DNA from: an uncultured Candidatus Saccharibacteria bacterium
Lineage (GTDB): Bacteria > Patescibacteriota > WWE3 > UBA101185 > 2-01-FULL-41-18
NCBI GenBank assembly: GCA_964636285.1
Contig: CAZWQF010000002.1
Location: 73,669 to 137,668, forward strand
DNA length: 64,000 nt
Direction: 5' to 3'
Each line of letters opens with the position of its first letter. Positions within the stretch are counted from its first letter, which is position 1. Under the pieces are notes generated by a model. The model saw only the letters and a program-made list of their open reading frames with translations, did no database searches and was not told the origin of the DNA. The translations under genes were made by a program, and so were the position numbers. This document shows positions 8,408-18,636 of this stretch, in pieces.

Positions 8408-9598
8408 AGCTGATAAAACTGCAATCCACAATAAAAACTGAGGATAAAATATTGAATTCACAAACTGTGAATGCACAAACAGCGCGCATACAGAAATCAG
8501 AAGAGCTGGTGATAAATATGATTTTTTGTGAAGCCAACCTTTTGCACCATTCAAAAAAAGACTTAAGTACTGAAAAACAAAAAGCATAAGTCCTGGAATT
8601 CCTGTTGTAGCTAAAACTAGGAGTAAACTTGAATCCGCTCCTGCACCGGCGTTCCCTCCAGAATCGTCCCTGTAGTCAAAATAACCGTAATCCGCTTGAG
8701 CATACCTGTAAGCATTAAACCCAACCCCCGTGCCAAGACTATCTTTTGAAATTGTTAAGGCGTTCTCCCAAGACTTTAGTCTTAAGGCAGCCGAATCCGA
8801 AGGGTCAGTCACCCCGGAAAGCCTTGTCTGAGCTCTCGGCACAAGGTAATAGGTTAAAAACATGAGTATTAAAGTAAGAACTAAAAGCTTTCTTGATTTA
8901 AAAATTCCAAGAATAAATACAACAACCGAGAACATGAGCCAAGAACTTCTTGAAAACGTTAGAATCAACGCAACTAGAAGAGTCATTATTGCAACAGGTA
9001 AATAGGTTTTTGACTTTGAACCCTCAAAAATGTACATACATACTGCAAGAATTAGCCCAAGGACAAGGTAGCCTCCTGCAAAATTTGGATCAAAAAATGT
9101 AGACGCTAGCCTATTTATGTGAGGATCCCAGCCCTGCTCTCTAGGTAAGACTCTAAAATCTGGTATGACAAAAAGCTGTATAAATCCTGAGACTGCAATA
9201 AAGATTGAGCTTGCAAGCATTACGCCTACAATCATTTTTGTAGATTTTGGATCCTTATTAAACAAGTTGTAAACCACTGAAGACAGTACAAAATACATTG
9301 CAAGTCTTATTAAATAAGAAGCGGAGACTAGTAGCTGGCTTATTGTGAGGTCCCCAAACCTTAACAAAAGAGAAACAGTTGCAAAAATAATGAATAAAAC
9401 TGCAAAAATCGAATAAATGGGCAAAAATACCCTCTTCATTAGAAATAAGTAGATAACCCCAACTAGACAAAAAAGAGCCACCAAAATGTCAAATGCATAA
9501 ACCTTAGCCCCTCCAGGGCTAAAGGGCAAAAGTGCAAAAAAACCAAAGCTTGAAAACAAAAAACATGTTGAAAGCAAATAAAAAAGCGCTTTTTTCAT
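8375..9598 (-). CDS. O-antigen ligase / O-oligosaccharyltransferase family (Wzy_C)
   Basis: RLASTFFDPN, LTFSRSSW, R..W, GVGF, multi-TM. Confidence 0.8.
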   Translation of the reverse strand: MKKALFYLLSTCFLFSSFGFFALLPFSPGGAKVYAFDILVALFCLVGVIYLFLMKRVFLPIYSIFAVLFIIFATVSLLLRFGDLTISQLLVSASYLIRLAMYFVLSSVVYNLFNKDPKSTKMIVGVMLASSIFIAVSGFIQLFVIPDFRVLPREQGWDPHINRLASTFFDPNFAGGYLVLGLILAVCMYIFEGSKSKTYLPVAIMTLLVALILTFSRSSWLMFSVVVFILGIFKSRKLLVLTLILMFLTYYLVPRAQTRLSGVTDPSDSAALRLKSWENALTISKDSLGTGVGFNAYRYAQADYGYFDYRDDSGGNAGAGADSSLLLVLATTGIPGLMLFVFQYLSLFLNGAKGWLHKKSYLSPALLISVCALFVHSQFVNSIFYPQFLLWIAVLSALSFFEVDLNG

Positions 9599-10674
9599 AG
9601 TAAGGACTCAATTCTCTTAACCTCATCCCCTATCATATTGTGCTTAGTTACCTGGGCATAAGCAAGCCTAGAAATAGAATCACAAAGTTCTTTATCGCCA
9701 CTCAGAAGTTTGATCTTCTCTGAAATAATTTTAGGGTCATTTGGTTCTACTAAGATACCCGTCTTCATGTTTTGAATAATTTCAGGGGTCCCGCCTAGAT
9801 TTGTAGCAATAACTGGAACTCTGGCTTGCATTGCCTCAACTAGTCCTGTTGCATATGGTTCTGGCTCAACAGCAGGGTGCACAAATGTATCAAGAACTGA
9901 AAGCACTAGCTCCACTCTATCAATAAATCCAGTGTAAATTACTCTAACTTTTCTATTTTTTGAGTACAGTACTTTTTTGCTTGGTGCATCACCAACAATC
10001 AGACACACAAGACTTCCCTGAAAATGCTCTAGAGCAGCAGTCTCCAAAACCTTGTAACCTTTCCACTCTGCAAGCCTTCCTATATACCCAGCAACAAACT
10101 CATTTGTAATTCCAAGTGATTTCTTAAACTGATTAACATCTTTCTTACTTACACCTTCAACTTTCTTATTCATATCCGAAGATACAAAAAGCACTTCTCC
10201 CTTTTGAAGAACGTTCCCAGAGTAAAACTTCTTAATGGCACTTGAGACAAAATAAATCTTTGACGAAAAACGACTTAAAAGATTAAGTAAAAATCTGTTA
10301 TAACAAAAATCCCTGATAAACCAAACTATTTTTGTTCCTGTGATAATGCCTGCCACTGTTCCAACATATACTGCCCTTTCGGTATTCAACAGAAGCGTAT
10401 CCCCGCCCTCAAGGTAAATTATGTTAATCACGGCAATCACTGATTTTACGAATCTAAATAATGCTAAAGGTGAGTTAATTTTAAGCCTTTCAAAGGGTAC
10501 GGAATAAACCTTATCGGCAAACTGTTCAAACCTACTTATCACATTCGGATTGTCGCCAGAACAAATCACCACGCACCTAAACTTTTTCTTATCAAAGTAC
10601 TTAAGATAATTTACCAGAACAAGCTGAGCACCGCCTAAAACAGTCCCGTGGTCAATAAAAATGAGAGTTTTCAT
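9595..10674 (-). CDS. Glycosyltransferase family 4
   Basis: GGAQ, GRLAEWKG, EPY..GLVEAM, GG.PEII. Confidence 0.85.
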   Translation of the reverse strand: MKTLIFIDHGTVLGGAQLVLVNYLKYFDKKKFRCVVICSGDNPNVISRFEQFADKVYSVPFERLKINSPLALFRFVKSVIAVINIIYLEGGDTLLLNTERAVYVGTVAGIITGTKIVWFIRDFCYNRFLLNLLSRFSSKIYFVSSAIKKFYSGNVLQKGEVLFVSSDMNKKVEGVSKKDVNQFKKSLGITNEFVAGYIGRLAEWKGYKVLETAALEHFQGSLVCLIVGDAPSKKVLYSKNRKVRVIYTGFIDRVELVLSVLDTFVHPAVEPEPYATGLVEAMQARVPVIATNLGGTPEIIQNMKTGILVEPNDPKIISEKIKLLSGDKELCDSISRLAYAQVTKHNMIGDEVKRIESLL

Positions 10675-10675
10675 A

Positions 10676-11560
10676 TCAGATTTTTATTCGCTCTACTTTA
10701 GAATAATACTTGAGCTTTCCAACATTTCTAAAAAAATAAAAAATGGTGTCACAAAAAGCCATCCCAAGATCAAATTTAAACTCAACCAAACTTTTGATTA
10801 GGTAGTAGGGAGAAACAAGAATTCTCAGAAGTATAGAAAGTCTAGACTGAAGCTTTCCCTTTTTCTTGGAATCAAGAAGCATCCCTGCTCCTCGTTGCAA
10901 GCTCTGGCTAATAAAATTTAGAAGTCCAAAATCGTGATTGTGGATTATAGAAACTGGAATATAAACAAACTTTTTTCTAAGTTTAATCAGCCTTTCTTTA
11001 AGGTCAGCATCTTCATGTGACACAAAATCTGGAATTTTTTCATTAAAGCCTCCAACATTCAAAAATGCGCTTCTAAGGTATGACATGTTGCCAAGGGCAA
11101 AGGGTGCTTCGTCTCTGTCTATGCTTACATACGACTTATTTGATTTTACATATTTTGCAAAAACGTGCTTTTCATACCGGCCAAAAATCGATGTACTCTT
11201 GTTAATAACATTTCCACCTGCTCCTGCAATTCCTGGCTCATCAGTTTGATAGGCTTGCTCAAGTTTCTCAAGCCAATTTTTAGGTGCTATACAATCAGAA
11301 TCCGTAAAAACAAGATATTTTCCAGAAGCATTATCAGCCCCAAAGTTTCTGGCTTTTGACCTACCAAGATGTTTTTTACATTTTAAGAGCGTGATTTTAT
11401 GGCTTGAAAGTTCCTCATATGTCCCGTCAGTTGAGGCGTCGTCTACAACAACAATCTCAAACTTACTGCTTGAAAAAGTCTGATCATATAACGAATCAAG
11501 GCACGTCAAAAGCTTCTCCCGCCTATTGAATGTAGGAATAATTACAGAAAATGTAAGCAT
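10676..11560 (-). CDS. Glycosyltransferase family 2
   Basis: SVIIPTFN, VVDDASTD, FTDSD, HED. Confidence 0.9.
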   Translation of the reverse strand: MLTFSVIIPTFNRREKLLTCLDSLYDQTFSSSKFEIVVVDDASTDGTYEELSSHKITLLKCKKHLGRSKARNFGADNASGKYLVFTDSDCIAPKNWLEKLEQAYQTDEPGIAGAGGNVINKSTSIFGRYEKHVFAKYVKSNKSYVSIDRDEAPFALGNMSYLRSAFLNVGGFNEKIPDFVSHEDADLKERLIKLRKKFVYIPVSIIHNHDFGLLNFISQSLQRGAGMLLDSKKKGKLQSRLSILLRILVSPYYLIKSLVEFKFDLGMAFCDTIFYFFRNVGKLKYYSKVERIKI

Positions 11561-12816
11561 TATTTAGAAACAAGCTTTCGGGCAGTCAGGCTTAAAAGAA
11601 CCAATATTACTAATTCGCTAATCCAGGTTATATTTGCGCTGGCAAAAAACGAATATCTTGGGATAAGTATATAGTTTAGGCTCAAATTAACAACTGAGGC
11701 AATAAAATAAATATAGGGAAGGTATTTTTGCCCACCTAAAGTCACAATAAGCCATGCAATCGGCTGAGTTAGATAAAAAATGAACATAAACCCAAGTAAA
11801 ATTTTTAGTACATCCACTGAAGGGCCAAAACCTGAGCCCCCAAGGACAGAAATTGCAAAATCCGAAAACAGAATTCCAACCAAACCGCAAAGCCCACCGG
11901 CTATAAAAAGGGTTAGCATTACTTTTTTAAAAGTCCTTAAAAGCTTTTCTTTGCTATGAGCAAGATGCCTAACCATTATTGGGTACACTGAATTCATAAA
12001 AAACGTTGGGACTACAAGTGCAACTTCAAATATTTTGTAAGGAAGCCCATAAACTCCAACTGCCTGAATATTTGAAAGTCCAAGCTCTCCAGGAAGTGGC
12101 AAAACTGAAAGCATAATCGAATCAGCTTTAAAATTAATCTGGCTAAAAATAAACATCAAACCTATTGGAAACGAACTTCTTACCAGACTAGACACAAGCT
12201 TACTGTTATATGAGAACTTTGGATAAATTCCAAGCTTTGAAAGCATGTAGTAACAAAGTAAAACTGTGGCAAAACCCGACAAGACATTTGCTAGACCAAT
12301 ATAAAACACAGGAGTTTTATAAAAAATCATAAGTGCAATAACAATTGGTACAATTAGCGTTCCTACGGAGTTGGCAATATTTGAAAGGTCGTACCTTAAT
12401 TTAACCTGAAAACCTATATTTGATGTCGAATATAGGGCAGTTGTAAGTATTGTGAAAAGGCCAATTAAGATTCCGAATTTAACCTGAAGAGGGTAGTTGA
12501 AAAAATAGAGAATTCCTCCTGCTAAAAGTATCAGAAATGCCGATATTATAAGCCTGATTAAAATAATATTTCCTAAATACTCATTTATTTGAGACTCCTT
12601 AACAGACAAATCTCTTGTGGCAATAGCGTTAAACCCAAAATCGGAAATTATATAAAAAAGAGCTGGAAATCCAACAATCAAGCTAAAAATCCCATACCCC
12701 TCAACACCGTAATTCCTTGTTAATGTTGCAGTAACAGCCATAGAGATAGCCATTGTAACTACTTTGCCAAGGAACTGAAAAACTGTATTTTTTGCTACGG
12801 CCTTTGTTTCAGACAC
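11560..12816 (-). CDS. Wzx-like polysaccharide flippase
   Basis: About 12 TMs; KN..F, SDFG, KADSIML, VGVY pattern. Confidence 0.85.
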   Translation of the reverse strand: MSETKAVAKNTVFQFLGKVVTMAISMAVTATLTRNYGVEGYGIFSLIVGFPALFYIISDFGFNAIATRDLSVKESQINEYLGNIILIRLIISAFLILLAGGILYFFNYPLQVKFGILIGLFTILTTALYSTSNIGFQVKLRYDLSNIANSVGTLIVPIVIALMIFYKTPVFYIGLANVLSGFATVLLCYYMLSKLGIYPKFSYNSKLVSSLVRSSFPIGLMFIFSQINFKADSIMLSVLPLPGELGLSNIQAVGVYGLPYKIFEVALVVPTFFMNSVYPIMVRHLAHSKEKLLRTFKKVMLTLFIAGGLCGLVGILFSDFAISVLGGSGFGPSVDVLKILLGFMFIFYLTQPIAWLIVTLGGQKYLPYIYFIASVVNLSLNYILIPRYSFFASANITWISELVILVLLSLTARKLVSK

Positions 12817-12857
12817 GTAAATATTATAGCTGAATATGGAAATCTTTACTTTGGATT

Positions 12858-14081
12858 TTAGTCACACGTAGAAAGCTCTTTTTCAACCTCCTTTAGTACG
12901 GGAGGTCTTCCCGCAGTCTTTCTCAAGGCTTTGATTACATCAAACTGTGGATAAACACCTCCATCTTTTTTGATCCATGAAAAGTGATCAAAAGGTGGGT
13001 CATAATAAACGGTAAATGGCATAACGGCTACTACCCTGTCGTCCTTAAGCCAAACATCAACAAAAGCTTTTTTAATGTATTCAGCAACAATATCAGAAGT
13101 GTAGTAATTAGCGTTCCCTGCCTCCCCTTCTTTATGTGGCCAACCTGTCTCAGTAATAAATACTGGCATATCCTTTTTAACCTCAAATCTTCTTTTAAGT
13201 AGTTCTAATTCCCATTCGTATCCTTTAATAGATCCTCTACCAGTATCCTCAGGTTTTCCAAGGTAGTGAGGCTGAGGGTATGGGTGACTTGCCCAGCCAT
13301 CAAGCATGTCAAAAATTCCAGGATTTCTTACATTCATCCTAACCATAAAAGCCTCCTGATCAATGTAACCATTTCCGTTTGGCGCGGTAGTATTAAACGC
13401 CCCGTTCATTACAAAAAAATTCTCATCCTCCGATTTAAAGCTTTCAATTGTGTACTTTAATATGTCAGAGTATTCTTCTGGATTCGCGTCCCCATTCCAA
13501 AATCTTGAATCGTTCATTTCATTATAAGCACTTATATACTTAGCTTTTGTTGGCCATGCAAACTTATTTAAAAACTTGGCTGATGACCTTGTTTGAAATT
13601 TGTATTCCTTTGGATCCACATCCCATAGCTGAATAACAGGAATTAAGTGCTTTTTTGCTAATAACTCAAAAACGTCCTTCCACTTTGAGTCGTCATAATC
13701 CTTAACATTATATGGAATCAAAACATATCCCCAGTCCCCTCCGTTAGAATTCACAAGAGCATCAGCTGTCTTAATAAAATCTTTAGTTGAGTATATGTAC
13801 AAACCAAATTTATTGTTTGGGTAACCAAGGTTTTTCTGAGGAACTTCAGTAATCTGCCTGTCTTCATATTTTTTGAAGGAAATGCTATCGCTTATAAGAC
13901 ACTTTGATTCCTCAAATTTTAGACCACTCGGGGTAATAAACCGAATGCTCGCTTCGTTAATGGAGCCGTTTTGATCTTGTTTTGGAAGCTGCGCTGTCTT
14001 TTTAATTTTAGAATAGAAAATGAAACCCAAGCTTCCTGAAATTATTAAAATAATTAGTGAAATGATAAGAATCTTTTTCAT
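12858..14081 (-). CDS. Membrane-anchored clan GH-A glycoside hydrolase-like protein
   Basis: N-terminal TM; YNEMN acid/base, WASHPYP, FITETGW nucleophile; ATG 14081 preferred. Confidence 0.7.
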   Translation of the reverse strand: MKKILIISLIILIISGSLGFIFYSKIKKTAQLPKQDQNGSINEASIRFITPSGLKFEESKCLISDSISFKKYEDRQITEVPQKNLGYPNNKFGLYIYSTKDFIKTADALVNSNGGDWGYVLIPYNVKDYDDSKWKDVFELLAKKHLIPVIQLWDVDPKEYKFQTRSSAKFLNKFAWPTKAKYISAYNEMNDSRFWNGDANPEEYSDILKYTIESFKSEDENFFVMNGAFNTTAPNGNGYIDQEAFMVRMNVRNPGIFDMLDGWASHPYPQPHYLGKPEDTGRGSIKGYEWELELLKRRFEVKKDMPVFITETGWPHKEGEAGNANYYTSDIVAEYIKKAFVDVWLKDDRVVAVMPFTVYYDPPFDHFSWIKKDGGVYPQFDVIKALRKTAGRPPVLKEVEKELSTCD

Positions 14082-14099
14082 CTCTGTTAAAATACCCAA

Positions 14100-15323
14100 G
14101 TGAGAAAATTCTTTGGTCTCAAGCGTATTATACTTTATATCCTGACAATTAACCTTATTCTTGGGATTGCACTTTTTAGCCTGTCAGTTAAGGCCCGTGA
14201 AGCTTATGTATCCTCCCCATTAGGAGACACAATTCAGGTTGTAAATGCACTATTTAGCTCCCCTCTTAACAAGGTAGTTTATGGATACCTGCCATATTGG
14301 GTACTTTCCGAAGCTGAGCACATTGAATACGACAAACTAACTGATATCTCATATTTCAGCCTATCTATAAACAGCAATGGAACCATAAAAAAAGTAAATG
14401 AAAATGGCGAAACAGACCCAGGATACAACAACTGGAAGTCCTCAGAGGCTCTAAACAGAGTGGTCAAGAATGCAAAAATCTGGAAACTTAGAATGTCTCT
14501 AACAATCTCGCTTCAAAAAGATGATGAGATTGATGCTTTCCTTCAGTGCCCAGAATGCTGGGATACTTTCATAGAGGACCTTAAAGCAGAGCTCAATTCT
14601 AAGAAAATCAAAGATGTGAGTCTGGATTTTGAGCACATGGAACAGACTACTCCAATTATCAGAAATTCTTATACTAACTTTGTAGAGTTTGTAAATAAAA
14701 AGCTGGATGATGAATTTGGTGATTCAAAGGTCATAGTTGCCTCGTTTGCAGATTCGTTTAAAAGATCAAGAATTACAGACCCTGTGGCACTTGCTGAAGT
14801 AAGTGATGGGATTTTTATCATGGCTTATGATTACCACCTACCAACATCAGAAATTACTGGCCCTGTTGCACCACTTAAGAATAAAATTGACCCTGACGAC
14901 TTTGATGTGAGAGCTGCGGTAGCTCAGTATAAAGAAAAGATTTCTCCTTCAAAGCTAATACTAGGCGTACCCTACTACGGTGCTAACTATCTTGTTTCCG
15001 AATCAAAACCAGGTGCAAAAAGACTTCCAGGTAATGATCAAATTGGATTTTCCGTTGCGCAGTACTACTCCATGATCAGAGAAAACAGTGCGATTGACAC
15101 CAGCAAAGCGGAGTGGGATGAGATAAATAACACTCCGTACATTCTTTACACAAGTTCAGAAACAGGAAGTAGTAGGCTTTTGTACTTTGAGAATAAAGAA
15201 TCAATTTTAAAGAAGTTCAGGTTTGCCAAAGACGAAAAACTGGCGGGAGTTGGAATGTGGGCTATCGGGTACGATGGGAAGTACAAGGATTATTGGGATG
15301 CAATTCGGGAGGAGTTTAAGTAG
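14100..15323 (+). CDS. GH18 glycoside hydrolase
   Basis: GYLPYW, SLDFE, MAYDYH, LGVPYYG, GVGMWAIG. Confidence 0.85.
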   Translation: MRKFFGLKRIILYILTINLILGIALFSLSVKAREAYVSSPLGDTIQVVNALFSSPLNKVVYGYLPYWVLSEAEHIEYDKLTDISYFSLSINSNGTIKKVNENGETDPGYNNWKSSEALNRVVKNAKIWKLRMSLTISLQKDDEIDAFLQCPECWDTFIEDLKAELNSKKIKDVSLDFEHMEQTTPIIRNSYTNFVEFVNKKLDDEFGDSKVIVASFADSFKRSRITDPVALAEVSDGIFIMAYDYHLPTSEITGPVAPLKNKIDPDDFDVRAAVAQYKEKISPSKLILGVPYYGANYLVSESKPGAKRLPGNDQIGFSVAQYYSMIRENSAIDTSKAEWDEINNTPYILYTSSETGSSRLLYFENKESILKKFRFAKDEKLAGVGMWAIGYDGKYKDYWDAIREEFK

Positions 15324-15340
15324 AAATGGCTTAGCTCATT

Positions 15341-16003
15341 CTAGTTTGTTGAGACAAACTCAATGCAATCGGTTACAACCTCCTCAAGCACATCTTCAGA
15401 AGTTCGCACAGACTCGTCAGCTGAGAGCAGATTATGTGAGGCCCCTGCAATCTCCCTAACCTCAAATGATAGTCCAAGCTTGGAAAGATAGTTTCTTACA
15501 TCAGTAGAGGAATTGTACTCATCTTTAGCGCCATGAAGCACAAACAACTTTGATTTAAGCGATTTCAAAAATTGTTCATCAATCATTTTTTGAAATGATT
15601 CAAGATGAAAACCTAGAATAACAACGGGACATCTAAGTCTGTTTTCAACAGCAAATTTTGCTGATACAACGCCACCTAGAGATCTTCCTATAAGATAAAC
15701 ATTTGGCACTACAACTTTCTGGAGCATAAATGAATATGCCGAATCAAGATCTTCAACCAAGTCCTCAGGCCTAACATTCTCGGGAGCAATTTTTTTAGCA
15801 ACAAAATGAAAATTGTACCTTAGTGTTGTATACCTGAGATTAAAAAGATTGGCTTGTATGTTTGTTAATACAACGTCATCTTTATTACCGTGGGAATTGT
15901 GAGAAAACAGCACAACACCTCTAGGATTATGTGCTTGATCAAATGTTGCATCAAGATCACATCCCCCAAAAGATTGGGTTTTTACAATCACATCGTTATA
16001 CAT
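15341..16003 (-). CDS. Alpha/beta hydrolase
   Basis: GRSLGG, HGAKD, GASH. Confidence 0.8.
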   Translation of the reverse strand: MYNDVIVKTQSFGGCDLDATFDQAHNPRGVVLFSHNSHGNKDDVVLTNIQANLFNLRYTTLRYNFHFVAKKIAPENVRPEDLVEDLDSAYSFMLQKVVVPNVYLIGRSLGGVVSAKFAVENRLRCPVVILGFHLESFQKMIDEQFLKSLKSKLFVLHGAKDEYNSSTDVRNYLSKLGLSFEVREIAGASHNLLSADESVRTSEDVLEEVVTDCIEFVSTN

Positions 16004-16031
16004 CTAGGATATATTAGAATAAATAGCACCT

Positions 16032-17258
16032 TTATGGAAGTACCGGCAACGTATTTGAAACACAAATAGACTTATAATATTGCGAAGAAGGCCTTGGTTT
16101 TCTCTCAAAAGTAGTATAGTCAATTTCTACCAAACCAAATCTTGGCCAAAAACCTTCTGCCCATTCAAAATTATCCATCAAAGACCAGTGCAAATACCCA
16201 AATACAGGCACACCATCTGAAATAGCTTTGTGAACATAAAAAAGCGACTGGGAAAGGAATTTTTCTCGATTAAGGTCTTTTGCATCGGCGAGTCCGTTTT
16301 CGGTGATTATTACTGGCTTGTTGTATCTTTTTAGGTCCATGAGTACATGGTAAATAGCTTCCGGATAAAGCTCCCAACCCATATCTGACTTCCATTCGTT
16401 AAGATTTTTCCCTAGCCAGCCATCTATTCGGTTGTGAAAATAGTGGTTAAGACCAATAAAATCTTGGCACTTACTAATTTTATTTAGAAAATAAAAGTTC
16501 CACCAAAAATCCATGACTGATTTTATGATTCTGTTGAAAAACTTGTTTTGTGCAGCCTCAAAGTAAATGTTGTTCTTGGCAATACCTACCATTGAGTTTG
16601 GGTTTATTTGTTTGATTACAGGATAAGCCAAGTTATGAGCTCCAATTAAGTTATGGAGGACATTAAGGTATGAAAACAAATTTTTCTTTTGAGGGGGCCA
16701 ATTCCCATCAAGATATGAGTTCCCAGAGTAGATCTCAGGCTCGTTAAGTGTAATCCAGAACTTAACATCAGGGCTTAGTGCAGATACAACCTTTTCCGAA
16801 TACCTAGCAAAAAGACCTTTGATACCTGAGTGTCCCCAACCACCTTTATCTTTAAGCCAAAGTGGTAATGGCCAGTGCCAAAGGGTAACAAAAGGCTCAA
16901 TTCCAAGCTCTCTTAAAGTCTTAATTACATTTTTATAGTGATTAAGCCCCTCCTCAGAAAACTTACCTTCCTCAGGCTCAATCCTTGACCATTCAATAGA
17001 TATTCTTGTTGCGTTGTGACCAAGATCTTTTGCCATCTTAAAATCTTCTTTGTAAAGATTAAAGTGATTGCAAGCATTGCCGCAAATAAAGTTATCTAGG
17101 CCGTGCTTATCTATAAGGCCTTTTTCTTCAAGTGATTTTTTTCTTTCTGGCGATTTTTCCCATTCGGACCAGTCATTGGTATTTCCACCTTCAACCTGGT
17201 GACTTGCCGTTGATGCACCCCAGTAAAAATTGAGAGGAAAGTCTAAATAATTAGGCAT
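16032..17258 (-). CDS. GH1 beta-glucosidase-family protein
   Basis: ASHQVEG, TLNEP, ITENG, WSLMDNFEW. Confidence 0.92.
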   Translation of the reverse strand: MPNYLDFPLNFYWGASTASHQVEGGNTNDWSEWEKSPERKKSLEEKGLIDKHGLDNFICGNACNHFNLYKEDFKMAKDLGHNATRISIEWSRIEPEEGKFSEEGLNHYKNVIKTLRELGIEPFVTLWHWPLPLWLKDKGGWGHSGIKGLFARYSEKVVSALSPDVKFWITLNEPEIYSGNSYLDGNWPPQKKNLFSYLNVLHNLIGAHNLAYPVIKQINPNSMVGIAKNNIYFEAAQNKFFNRIIKSVMDFWWNFYFLNKISKCQDFIGLNHYFHNRIDGWLGKNLNEWKSDMGWELYPEAIYHVLMDLKRYNKPVIITENGLADAKDLNREKFLSQSLFYVHKAISDGVPVFGYLHWSLMDNFEWAEGFWPRFGLVEIDYTTFERKPRPSSQYYKSICVSNTLPVLP

Positions 17259-17266
17259 AAGTAGAT

Positions 17267-17343
17267 TGGTGGGTCTAACAGGATTCGAACCTATGGCCTC
17301 CTCGATGTGAACGAGGCGCTCTAACCAGCTGAGCTATAGACCC
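17267..17343 (-). tRNA. tRNA-Val(CAC)
   Basis: Reverse complement GGGTCTA...CCTCG-TTCACAT-CGAGG...GGTTCGAATCC...TAGACCC-ACCA. Confidence 0.95.
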
Positions 17344-17371
17344 CTATCTTTGAGTATTGTAACATTTTTGG

Positions 17372-17884
17372 GTGGTTAGAAAACTGAAAAAAGCCCTAAA
17401 AAAACTCTTCTTACTCCTTCTTCTTATACCTTCAATTCTTGCTGTAGCATTTTTGTGTTACGAACCAGGATTTGTTTCAGGGGAGTCAATGTACCCTGTA
17501 CTTGAAAATAATGATTTAGTTCTTATTAAAAAAACACCTTTTTCTAAAAAATCTTACAAAGCTGGGCAAATTCTCATGTTCAGGCGCGCTGACACCAAAG
17601 ATGTGTTAATAAAAAGACTTAATGGTCTGCCTGGCCAAAAAATTAATATCTTGGAAGGAAAACTTACAGTGAACGGAACTTTGGTTGATGAGATGGAGAC
17701 CTACCCAGGACTGTTCTTAAAAGATGGTGACGAACTAATACTTAAAGATTGCTACTTCTTATCAGGGGACAACAGAATGCACAGCACGGATTCAAGAGAT
17801 TTTGGATGTATTGTGGCTAAGGACATTATTGGCGAAGCCCAAGTAGTTATTTGGCCACCAAAAAACTTCAAAGTGCTTAAGTAG
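17372..17884 (+). CDS. lepB: Signal peptidase I
   Basis: GESMYP, LIKR, GDNR..S.DSR.FG. Confidence 0.9.
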   Translation: MVRKLKKALKKLFLLLLLIPSILAVAFLCYEPGFVSGESMYPVLENNDLVLIKKTPFSKKSYKAGQILMFRRADTKDVLIKRLNGLPGQKINILEGKLTVNGTLVDEMETYPGLFLKDGDELILKDCYFLSGDNRMHSTDSRDFGCIVAKDIIGEAQVVIWPPKNFKVLK

Positions 17885-17905
17885 ATTAAATTTTATTTGT
17901 GATAA

Positions 17906-18157
17906 TTAAAGTACCGAAACAATCTTCTTTGACTTATTAACAAAGCCAAACTTAACCTTGCCTGGTCTTAATGCGTAAAGTGTGAAGTCAGAACCAACTC
18001 CAACCCCGTCTCCTGCTTTGTACAAAGCTCCTCTTTGTCTTAAAATAATCTCTCCTGATTTAATCTCTTCTCCGCCGTAAATCTTTATTCCAAGTCTTTT
18101 ACCTGCTACATTTCCACCCTGCTTAGCTTTGGATCCTCCGGCCTTTTTATGTGCCAT
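17906..18157 (-). CDS. rpmA: 50S ribosomal protein bL27
   Basis: MAHKKAGGS...KRLG.K...RQRG. Confidence 0.97.
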   Translation of the reverse strand: MAHKKAGGSKAKQGGNVAGKRLGIKIYGGEEIKSGEIILRQRGALYKAGDGVGVGSDFTLYALRPGKVKFGFVNKSKKIVSVL

Positions 18158-18160
18158 ATA

Positions 18161-18583
18161 TTACTTATCCTCCTTTTTGGCTCTTGGCTTAACTGTCTTT
18201 TTTTCTGCCTTAGCCTCAGTCTTTACTTCTACCGCTTCCTTAACAGGAGCTTCTTCTTTTTTGACTGCTTTTTTAGGCTTATCTTCGCCCTCAAAAATGT
18301 CAGTAATTGTAACAACTGAAAGTGTTTGTCTAAATCCTCTTGTTTTATGGTATCTAGATTTGGCTTTGAATCTTGTAATAGTAATTTTATCGCCTTTTTC
18401 TTCTCTATCAATCTTGGCCTTAACTTTTACTTCGTCCAAATATGGATTTCCAATTTTAAGAGCTCCATCAATTGAAGCCATCAATACCTTTGGTTCGAAT
18501 TTTTCAAGTCTATTAACTTTTATTGTTTGACCTTCCTCAACCTTGAACTGGCTACCGGAAAGCTTAATAATTGCGTAATTCAT
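18161..18583 (-). CDS. rplU: 50S ribosomal protein bL21 with a Lys/Glu-rich tail
   Basis: YAIIKLSGSQFKV, IGNPY, GFRQ; start at ATG 18583. Confidence 0.93.
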   Translation of the reverse strand: MNYAIIKLSGSQFKVEEGQTIKVNRLEKFEPKVLMASIDGALKIGNPYLDEVKVKAKIDREEKGDKITITRFKAKSRYHKTRGFRQTLSVVTITDIFEGEDKPKKAVKKEEAPVKEAVEVKTEAKAEKKTVKPRAKKEDK

Positions 18584-18636
18584 ACTTAGAACATGCAAAA
18601 ATATACTATATAAAGTAAACTTTAGCAAGAAACCTT

